DNA from: Moniliella sp. 'wahieum'
Taxonomy: Eukaryota
Assembly: GCA_003971905.1 (NCBI GenBank)
Contig: RSEE01000037.1
Location: 372,001 to 436,000, forward strand
DNA: 64,000 nucleotides
Direction: 5' to 3'
This document shows, piece after piece, positions 54,962-64,000 of this stretch. The position numbers and the translations under genes were made by a program. The notes under the pieces are model-generated. The model ran no database searches and had not been told where the DNA came from. It worked only from the letters and a program-made list of their open reading frames with translations. The number at the start of each line of letters is the position of its first letter. Position 1 is the stretch's first letter.

Positions 54962-55539
54962 GCGTACGGCCGGAGGGTGGTACATGAGAGCATTGCGACG
55001 CCTTTGCAACGCCGGGAGAAGGGGCTGCGTCGGCTGCTGGAACAAGCAGAACGCGACAAGAACGCCGAGTACCACAGGGACGCACCCGAGCGCCATTTTC
55101 CCCTTTGGTTTTGACGACGCGAGGATACTATGTCACCAAGACGGCGGGCAAGATGCTTGTGAGAGCTGGAAGGAATTAACGTTTAACTACTGAGTCTCAG
55201 AATTGAGTCTCAACATTCAATGGAGATGGTTCTCACTACGTTCACTGCTCGGATGTCTACCACGTTCATCCGTGTCCACACGCGCTACCTCGGGTATTAT
55301 GGGAACGGATGGTGGGCACCAGAGGGTCCGGATCTATTGACAATTCCCTAGTTCCTTAAACGGGGTTGGCGCTAACAAGCAACACACGCCGGATGAACGG
55401 GTCGGTTTAGGCGCACAGGGCTTCTTTGTCCCAGCCTCAATTAAGCTCTGTCAACGATATGGTTACGGTATAGAGTTTAGGCGCAGCGTTTCCTTGTCCC
55501 AGCCTTAAGCTCGGTCAATGATATGATGACAGTATAGAG
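54962..55539 (+). mobile_element. Degenerate 3' fragment of an RLE-type (CRE/Cnl1-like) non-LTR retrotransposon, copy A
   Basis: RRVVHES.ATPL.RREK..LEQAE.DKNA.Y..FPL, colinear with 57050-57520 in inverted orientation; contains insertions, frameshifts and a tandemly duplicated 3' end. Confidence 0.75.
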
Positions 55540-57049
55540 ATACCCCCGCTTTTCATTATGTGAATCATTTCACCGTGCCCGATGCTACTGGCGGAGACAT
55601 GAGGATCGTGCAGTTAGCCCTCGTTGTCATGGGGTGAGTCCCGAGGTAGACCCCCACCCTGTTGGTTACGGGTACAAACCCTCGGACGGCCAATCGGCGC
55701 CACGTACGGTGTGTCCGGCCCGCAGATCCTGGTTGTGAACTCGGTGAACCGAGCGGGTGTAGAGGCGAGGGAGAGACCCTCTAGTTTTGGGGTGGCTGCC
55801 TGGGTGCCAAGGCCGCAGCTCAGTCCCTCCGAGGTGGGAGCAGCGTACATATAGGTCTTCAGGCCAGTTGAAGGAGTCCAGGAACTCCGTAGGTTAGCTG
55901 GGGTGTGTTACCACACTCGACGCGCTGTAATATAGACAGAATCAGACGGAGTCCTAACGAAGAGCAAGCGCTAAGTAGTACTGAGAGTTACGGCGGCTTT
56001 CAGTGTAACCGACGCGAGTCGTAAATTCGTAAGGGTGGAAGAAGATGGAAGGGCGAGAGAGGAATGGAAAGGTTAGAACGGGGGCAGGTGTATCAGGGTG
56101 AACAGGGTGATCATGTGTAACACGATGGTCGATAAGGACCCGTACGCAGCATCAAGCCTTGATGCCTCCGCCCAGTTTCGGACGCTTCCTGATGTCGCTA
56201 CGTTTTTGGAAGATGCGTTCCCGTGCCTAACCCCCATTGGAGCGACTAAGTCTACTTTTTCTCCAAAAGCACCGCCATATCCATAGGGGGATTACGAGCA
56301 TTTTTCTCGTATGCTCTCAACATGGTCATCGGGGTTGCCGCGTCGCTTGCTGTGGTTGTCTGGCGCTATATACCTTAAGGAATCGGCAGGGTCCCAGTTG
56401 GGAATCCAGTTGATCCACCAAGGTGTCGCTTACGGTATGCTCTGGGGCTGGGACTTAGTACCCACCCTTTCCATCACGGGCGGACTGCTCATGTGTGCCT
56501 CTGCGACTCGCTTGTGGTGCAAAGAAGAGCCAGCGGCCGTTCGCTGGCCCGCCCTCTCGCTTAGAGTCAGTGAAAGTTACAAAAACCTCTACCTTCTTGA
56601 CCTCTTCGCTGGCAGTGTTCTGCTTGTCTTCCTCTCTTCATTGGGTTTGCCTTTCATTCCGAGTGGGGCGTCGTGCGTGCCATCACACACAACATGGTGC
56701 TCGGTCGGAGTGCTTGCGCCATGGTTGCCGTCGGGTTCAAAGCGCGTTGGTCACAGCCTCTTCTCTTTTCTCGTCTTGCTCCTCTCCCTTTTCAACCTGA
56801 TGGCAGTCAACAACTTTTGGTCAGTCAAGATGAAACACCCCTGCTATGACTTTTGCGTTACGACTTTCGTAACTTTCTTCATTGTATAGGTGGTCTACTG
56901 CTATTGGCCACAGCATCGTTTCTCGTCCCTACTCGATTGACGAGAGCGAAACGGCAACGTAACAATAAGACACTCACCGGCGCTCACCTCGGATAGTGCA
57001 CATGGGGTTTCGTTCCCTTCGATCGTTGTCGATTTGTTCTGCGATGCCA

Positions 57050-57646
57050 ATATAGTATGACCACGTCCATTTCATTGACAGAGCTTAAGGCTGGGACAGG
57101 GGGAACGCCACGTCTAAACCTAACCGTTCATCTTGCGGGGGTTACTTGGGGGCGCCACCAGGGTCAAGGGACCAGGGGGATCGCCAGGATATCAGGACCC
57201 TCCGGCTCACGCCATCCGGTCCCGTACCCTAGGAAGCGCGTGTGGACACGGAGGAACGTGGTTGACATCCGAGCGAGGAACCATTTCCACTGAGACTTAG
57301 TAGCCAACTCCTTCCAATGCGCGAACAACTTGCCCGCTGTCTTGGTGCCGCAGTATCCTCGCGTCGTCAAAACCAGGGGGAAAAACGGCTCTTGAGTGCG
57401 TCCCTGGTACTTGGCGTTCTTGTCGCATTCTGCTTGTTCAAGCATCCGAAGCAGCTCCTTCTCCCGCCGTTCCAAGGGGGTTGCGGTGCTCTCATGCACC
57501 ACCCTCCGGAACGCGCTCTGCGCCGCCAGTGATCCCGTGTCGCGCAGCGTGTGGTCTACCTCCATTCCTGATCCTCCGAGTGCTCCGGGCCCCATCACGC
57601 GGTAGTCGGTGCGCTGCGTCCTCTGTCTTCTCCCATCCTCGTCCAT
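57050..57646 (-). mobile_element. 5'-truncated RLE-type (CRE/Cnl1-like) non-LTR retrotransposon, copy B
   Basis: Open 160-aa ORF with the restriction-like endonuclease pattern RTD..D.T...K..KY...FFPLVLTTRG, plus a 3'-UTR homologous to copy A. Family assigned by motif recognition only. Confidence 0.72.
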
Positions 57647-57790
57647 TATGACCTATAAAACATCTCTGGCAATTGTAAACTACTTCTTTGTGGTCTTGTC
57701 AGCACTGCCCATTCAACACTTGATCTTTGGACAAATAAGCATAGAATTTGAGATAATTCGCTGGGTTTGCGGCCTTGACCAATGATGAAC

Positions 57791-58794
57791 TTATGTCGTC
57801 ATCTCAACATAGACGTTCACAGTGCAGATGAGGCAAATGACAAACGTAAAGCCCATACCACGGTAGAGCGAAGCAGATCCTTCCTCAGCCACCATCGTGC
57901 GGAGACAATCGACCAAGCCTGAATACATGGCACGCTGCGAATGCTGTCCAGCCGTGGTGGGCAGAACCAGCACCGAGCGCGGGGTGACGATGGTCTCGCC
58001 ATTGCTCACGGTTTCCTCGGGCTCCGACCCAGTCTCGAGTCCTTGCACCGCGAGGCGGACAAGTGCCACCTCGAGGGGAGTAGCAAGTGCCATAAAGATA
58101 GCGAAGAGCGCAACAAAGCGTACTACCCCCCAAGCGGTGACCCGGTAGCTTGGGCCGAAACCTAAGAAGACAACAGCACGCGGTCCGAGCGCAACCAGAA
58201 CCATATACAGCCAGTAGGCCGCCCAAAAGCCCGGTAGCGCATAGATGCGATAAAACTTGGATGCACCCGGCAGCAGATCCGCCCACGTCGTACGCGGAGC
58301 CTTGCGATGGACAATCGCGCGCGCCCCTAGCACGCGAACAGCCACGTCCCCGAGGACAACCAAAACAAGGAAAACAACGAGGAAGAGGCAAGCAAAGATC
58401 AAATGTAGGGGGAGGTGAGCGAAACCAACTCAAGCACCCCCATTGCGACAAAGTAGTATGCCAATGCACCGGCAAAAGTGATCCATCCCCCGGCGTAGAG
58501 TGCCCGCCACCCAGCGAGACGCTTGGCACGGCATAGCATACCCCATATCGTGGGTTGGCTTGTATAAGTAGGGGTGGGGGTGTCCTCAGCGGGCAGGGCA
58601 ACGCTCTGGGGCGCGTAGCTGGCGCGCGCACGGACCACGGAGCTGATCCACGGCTGGACCAAGCCCACGCCCAACCCCGTCGAAAGTGAAGCGGCCACCA
58701 GAACGCCAAGAATGACACTGATAGTGCTACTATCGCCGTCGGCCGTGAAAGTCGTCGTCCCCAGAAGGGAGGGGAAGTTGAGGAGGTCCATCAT
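57791..58794 (-). CDS. Divergent mitochondrial-carrier-like membrane protein; one frameshift at ~58400
   Basis: TIWGMLCRAKRLAGWRALYAG, TPLEVALVRL, YSGLVDCLRTMVAEEGSASLYRG, with several hydrophobic helices. Confidence 0.68.
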
Positions 58795-58973
58795 CCAGGT
58801 GGTGGTAGGCGGCGAACAGGCCTCAGGCCGTCTCCTGCCCCCTCTCAGATCTGGGTCTCAGGGGGCATGACATGTGACAGCATGGTTACGCTGCGCTGTT
58901 GCGCGTTACACGCGTGACGTCATTTCTATCCAATCGTGCCCAACGCTACACATCGGTGACTAGTGCCTAGTTG

Positions 58974-60074
58974 CTAGTCGCAGGTCGTTGCCTTCTGTGT
59001 TGCCGGGTGGAGGCTGGACGTTGGTGGACCGAAAACTGGCCTGCTTCCTGTGACAGCGGCCGGGTGCCAGTTGCGCTGGTGGGTGGGATATGAACAACAC
59101 AAACAAGCAGAATTGGTCCACAATGTCGTCGGAGAGACGGGCGCGATGTCCAAGCGGGGCGCGGTTCCCTCCTCCCCAAATCGTCGGCACTGCAGTCGTC
59201 TGTGCCACCTCATCGACATCATCCCCTCTAGCTTTGATATAGTGCGTTGACCTGATGAAGGAGGAGAATGGATGATGTGGTTCTGAGGAGAGGCCAACAG
59301 CTCCACCACGACCGGATGCGGACGAGGCGATGAAGAACGGGCACGGCAGAGAGGTGCCATGGTCGAGCGGCCCCACCAGCCTCGTGTGAAGAGGCGTGGA
59401 CGTAGGATGAAGGCTGTCGAGATGGTAAACATCTTCAATGACGGCCTCCCCCCTTGAGGAGGGGGTCGCCTCGGGTGGGTGGGAAGAGCGTGAGATGGTG
59501 GCCTTGCTGGCGGGGCGTGCGCCGAGCGTTGCCTGCCCAAGGCGGCGTTGGCCTGTATGCGCTGGAGCGGGAAGGCGGCAGCACGGCGGTGCGCTAAGGC
59601 CAGTTGAAAGGGAAATGCCATGCATACCATTGCTCTTCTGTCTGGACCATGGGCCCGCAAGCGAGGAGGGGTGCGTGGGAAAATGCCCACGGTAAAAGTA
59701 GACGAATGCTGGGCAGCCTCGACGTGCGGGCGGACAGCCCCCACCATACGCGCACACAGCCCCACCATGTGGAGACGAGTGTCGGTAGGGGGGAGGCAAA
59801 TATAGTAGGGGTGATTCTTGTCAAGGGGCAAGGCCATACATTGTTGAAGGTCCAATGTGCATCCCGACTGAAATGTCGATGCTGGTATATTGAACAAGGG
59901 TCCACCCCCTCTCCCTGGACGAGGTAGAGTAGCTGGGCCGCAGGAGGGCAAAAGGCGTTGACGGCCGGCGGCAGCAAGGTCGAGGAGGTGAAGAAGACGT
60001 TCGACGTGTGGAAGGGGCTGTGCTTCCGCGTGGGCGGGGTTTGCAGTCTGCGTTAACCACACAACCATCACCAC
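58974..60074 (-). CDS. Hypothetical protein; uncertain
   Basis: 366-codon ORF with protein-like N-half (LPHVERLLHLL, LDKNHPYYICLPP); probably frameshifted; no family recognised. Confidence 0.3.
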   Translation of the reverse strand: MVMVVWLTQTANPAHAEAQPLPHVERLLHLLDLAAAGRQRLLPSCGPATLPRPGRGGGPLFNIPASTFQSGCTLDLQQCMALPLDKNHPYYICLPPTDTRLHMVGLCARMVGAVRPHVEAAQHSSTFTVGIFPRTPPRLRAHGPDRRAMVCMAFPFQLALAHRRAAAFPLQRIQANAALGRQRSAHAPPARPPSHALPTHPRRPPPQGGRPSLKMFTISTAFILRPRLFTRGWWGRSTMAPLCRARSSSPRPHPVVVELLASPQNHIIHSPPSSGQRTISKLEGMMSMRWHRRLQCRRFGEEGTAPRLDIAPVSPTTLWTNSACLCCSYPTHQRNWHPAAVTGSRPVFGPPTSSLHPATQKATTCD

Positions 60075-61461
60075 AAGTGCGATTGCATAATCCTCCAGTA
60101 GGCAATCGGAATCTCCAGGGGCCGTCCTGTCAGTTGGAGGTGATCTAGGTGTCCATCACTGCGCCCAGTGACGCCTTTGTCAAAGGCTAGCGGCGCATCT
60201 GCACCCTCATGTCGCTGAACCATTCATCATCCTACACCCGTGATCCACATGCGACCCCCCACCTAGACCAGTGTCCAATCCATATCGACTGGACCCCTCA
60301 CTGTTGGGTTTGCTTTGGGGAGAATAGGCAATACGGCTTGGACATGTGGACTTGTCGCGCCTTGAACGGGAGCCTTGGCTAGCCAGAAACTCGGCTGGGG
60401 CGTTCATCCCAGGTTGATTCCGACCCACACAGAAGGAGAATGAGCGAGCCACAGATAGATGCTGCCGTGCTGGGTCCGGCAATGAAAGCGACGTGTGGCC
60501 TCCCATCCGCACGGGTGGCATTATCTGGCTCCGGGTGGTGGTGGTGTTTGAGCAAGGATGTATTTGTAAAGTGAGTGGAGGGGATGGATATTCCGAGAGA
60601 GGAGCCCGTTAGGGGCACAGAACATATAGGAGGGTGTCACATCGAACAGCGCAAGGTATGATGCGTGACAGCTACATGCATGATGCATGATGGCGCTGAC
60701 AACGACATGTGATAATGTGACGTGTGACATGTGACAACACAAGCGAGCCAGTCTCCAGCTGCGGTCGCCGACGTCTCGACCCAGCGCCGCATCGGTGATG
60801 TGGCGTAGGCCACAGCAGCCACAGCAGCCACAGCAGGCCAGAGCTGCCACAGCATCGAGAAGAGCAAGAAGCTTGGGGACGCAATAAGCGTCCTGGACTG
60901 GCGGTGGGGCCGGAGAGCACAGGCTTAGTGTCGGCGCTGCCCAGGCACGGACAAAGCCACAAGCCACGCAGGCGCAGGGGGTCCTCTAGCAGCGTCTCGC
61001 CTGTCTAGCCTCCTCTCCCACAGTCTCTTCCAGCTGGCTGGGCGCGGGGGGGTTGTGCTGGTGTGCCCGTCGCTTGAAGAGCCAGCGGCCAGCTAGCCGG
61101 AGGCTCGGACGCCCATGCTATGGAGCTTCCGCGCGTCACGCGTCGCGTCGCCGGAGCCTGACGGTGACGCGGCGACCAGTGGTGTGTGGTGCGTAGCACC
61201 TGACAGGTGACATGTGACATGTGGCGTGACGCGTGACGCGTGCCGGTGCTCAGGCTGTGAGCTGCTGACGCGCTGACGCAAGGCAGAGCAAGAAAGGGTG
61301 AGCCGTGGTGCTCAGCCTGAGCTGAGCCCGGTGAGCGCGAGCGCTGAGCACCTGCTGATCTGGTTCCTGGCCGTCGGTTCGTGTCGACTTGCTCAATTTC
61401 GAGCCAGGACGTGCCGGCTGCCACCCGCCTTTCTCCTGCCCACCACGCCCCTTCTCCCCCC

Positions 61462-63035
61462 ATGGAGCCAACGACAGCACAAGCATATGCATCCTCCCAC
61501 ACCCCATCCGCCCCCCTGCGTCCCACGCGCCGGTACGGGCGTGGGGAGGACTTACGCGCCGGGGGCAACGGCAATGGTAATGCCAGCGATCAACAGACAC
61601 ATTCCGATGCTGCTTTCTCTGTCGTCTCTACGCCCCTCCTGCCGGCTTCGACTCCCACCACCGCCCACTCTACGCAGGCGCATGCGCCGAGGTCCAAGGC
61701 CATCTCACCTTTGACCCCACAATGTGCGCAGTGTAACCATTGCCATCTCGGCCTGGGCCAGCGCCAAGGATGCTGATGCCGGCATGGGCCGCAGCGGCAG
61801 TCGCGGCTATGTGCGCAAGCCCATGTTTTCCATTCAGGAGTCCTTTTCCCCCGAAGAGTTTGTGCCATGGAACACGGATGATGTTGTACTTTTGCAGCCC
61901 AACGCTTCCACCTTGGCCGACTTGCCTTTCAATTTGAGTTTCCCTCATGGTGTAGCCAATGATGCGTATGGCGATGGCCAGCTTGCCCGCGCCACCTTGC
62001 CACCCTCATTTCTTGCTTGCGACGACCATCCCGATTCCGATACCTACAGCCTGCCCCCACAACCTGGGAAACGCTCCCGCCTTGCTTCGCTCAACATGCT
62101 CAAACGCCTCGACCGCACCGACGAGGCCGATGTGCTGGGTGTCTGGTACGCGGTTGACATCACCCTTCATCGTACCCACACCATCTCCACTCCCGCCGGG
62201 GACACCATCCACATTCCAGTTATTTTCCTCGGTGAACCTGGGCCGCTGCCCCCCGGACCGACTACCCTCCCCGCTGCCCCAGTGCTAGAGCCGGGGCAAC
62301 CCCTTGCTCCTGGCTGGGCGGTGAGCACACACAAGACGCGTTGGGCCGCACCTTGTGCCACCTCTTCCTGGTCAGTCCTCCCTCCTGAGGTGAGCGCTGA
62401 GCTGCACATGCCCGTAGCTCCGTTGGTGGCGGGGCGGGCGATGCCTTGTCTCCTGGTCCTCCGACCCGAGGTGGACGAACAGCTACCCGGGTCCCCCACC
62501 CGTCTACGGCAAGGGATGCCCTCCCCTCCCCTTTCAGCGGGAGAGGGAGAGTGAGCGCAGCATCCCATTTCTACGCCGGGTTGGAGGAAAAAGGAGCGCC
62601 CGGGCTCAGATGAGTCAAGTTCCTCGCTCGAGCATTCGCGACGCAAGGTGGTGGAAGATCTTGCCTCCCATATCGCTCTCACTCTTGTCCAAGTCCTACA
62701 GGCGGACGAGAACCATGTGCAGTCGGGCGCACGACCTCCTAGGATACATCTTCTGGCTCGCGCCGTTCTGCAGGAGGTCCCTGGCTCCGCCGGTGCTCGT
62801 GTCTTGGCCGGAAGCCTGATCGTGCCTCCTCTCACCACCCCCAGCTTTCGCTGTGCTGCTGTCGTACTGGAACATGCCATTAAACTCGACCTCCTCTCCC
62901 CTCCTCCCCCAAGGTGGCCAAGATCGTCGAAGTTGATGGCCCCCTTATTGACCCAGCGAGCGCCACTGACCTGCCCTTCTTACGGAGCTTTCGTCTTACC
63001 AAGTCCCAAGGCACACTTTGGGTCGATTGTAAGGT
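61462..63035 (+). CDS. Arrestin-fold-like protein; frameshifted, end approximate
   Basis: LYAG...VQGHLTF, LPFNLSFP..ATLPPSF, VWYAVDITLHR..TIHIPVIF and GSLIVPPLTTPSF..VVLEHAIKL resemble arrestin N- and C-domain strands. Confidence 0.5.
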
Positions 63036-63488
63036 TCAGCAGTAGCTGTACCCTCCCCCTCTCCTATACACATCACATGCCACACGCTCTTTTTTGTATC
63101 TGCATTCTTCATCTTTTTGCCCCACCTGTTTGTTCTCGTACTGCGGTAGCCCAGGGAGGTGGACGTGTGGCGAGTGTGATTTTGGTTGGCGAGTGCCGTA
63201 ACTCATTGTTCCGCAATCCATGGGCCCTCGTCCATCCGGGCAAATCAGAGGACAGGCGGGTTGTCCCTCGCAGTATTCTTTCATTGGCCTCATCAAAGAT
63301 GACCCGTCCATCACACATAGCGCATCCATTGTTGTGATCTGACTCTGGCAGAGTGCGATTTGGGAGCACTCGTGATCCTATGGATCAACTGCAAATCAAC
63401 CTTCAGACAAGGCGTGAAGGCGAAGGTGTGAGCCACAAGTCCCCAAGCAACAAGATATGCCAGAAACAAAATCATCAGGGTACCAAAA

Positions 63489-63585
63489 AGGTCCCACTGG
63501 GATTCGAACCCAGGTTTCAGGAAGACGATAGTCATCAGAAAGATGCATCAGAATCCTACTTGCTAACCAACTACAATATGGAACC
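63489..63585 (-). tRNA. tRNA-Gln(CTG) with ~24-nt intron
   Basis: Minus strand reads GGTTCCA-TATTGTAGTTGGTTAGCAAG-TAGGA-TT-CTG-A..T-TCCTG-AAAC-CTGGG-TTCGAAT-CCCAG-TGGGACC-T, followed by a T-run. Confidence 0.95.
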
Positions 63586-63870
63586 GTTGAAGGATGGTTG
63601 AAATCTTCCGGGAAAGACCAAATACCACGCGGAAAACTGAGAATGAAGCATCCGTGCTTTGTTTGGGGTACCAGGCATGAATGGATGAATGGAACCAAGT
63701 GTGCACCATGACTTACACAAACATCACCGGGCACCTAATGCACAATGAAGTTTGAGTCCGTTTAGGGAGAAGGAAGAAACGGGTGCTAATGTTGACCAGA
63801 TATCCATGGGGAGTCTTCTATGGAGCGCTCCCTCTCCGACTCTCCCCCTCCCGCGCACAATGACTTTCCT

Positions 63871-63918
63871 GGGTCTGAGATCTGATATCTGACCGGTGAC
63901 TTCTGACCTGTGACCTGT
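63871..63918. repeat. Six TGA triplets at exact 7-bp spacing
   Basis: TGA at 63876, 63883, 63890, 63897, 63904 and 63911, separated by GATC, TATC, CCGG, CTTC and CCTG. Confidence 0.9.
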
Positions 63919-64000
63919 TCGTCTACCTCGTCTGCATCACCCGTCAGGTATCAGCGTTCAGCGTTCGTTCAGCGCACAACTTTGCCAAAAAGCAAAGGGA

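Noticed and set aside
56311..56916. 192-aa plus-strand ORF, or a minus-strand frame with several TGA stops as a CpG-mutated pseudogene
   Set aside because: No recognisable motif on either strand, so it cannot be supported without a homology search.

Overview
GC-rich, gene-dense eukaryotic DNA with short GT-AG introns (CTAAC/CTGAC branch points). The histone H3, Arf6 and chitin synthase sequences point to a basidiomycete fungus, probably Ustilaginomycotina. About 22 protein genes are present: Zn2Cys6 transcription factor, NDUFA12, MSC7-type ALDH, histone H3, FMP42-like MFS, TMEM135-like, aldo-keto reductase, TBC Rab-GAP, class III chitin synthase, Arf6, Pex11, LRR protein, heparinase II/III-like lyase, SET/MYND protein, MSH2, PDX1-like, HIS3, carrier-like, arrestin-like and several orphans. 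There are also four intron-containing tRNAs, a complete 1.38-kb non-autonomous LTR element with a 5-bp TSD, two tail-to-tail 3' fragments of an RLE-type non-LTR retrotransposon, and a possible solo LTR. Most long genes carry 1-bp indels, most likely unpolished long-read errors, so CDS ends are approximate. The most striking unexplained signal is intergenic: arrays with 7-bp period made of T-N-A plus a 4-bp palindrome. The core varies between arrays and is often predictable from the two bases flanking the TNA. One such unit appears as an insertion in a dead retrotransposon copy relative to its sister, which suggests a self-regenerating, site-specific insertional mutation process.
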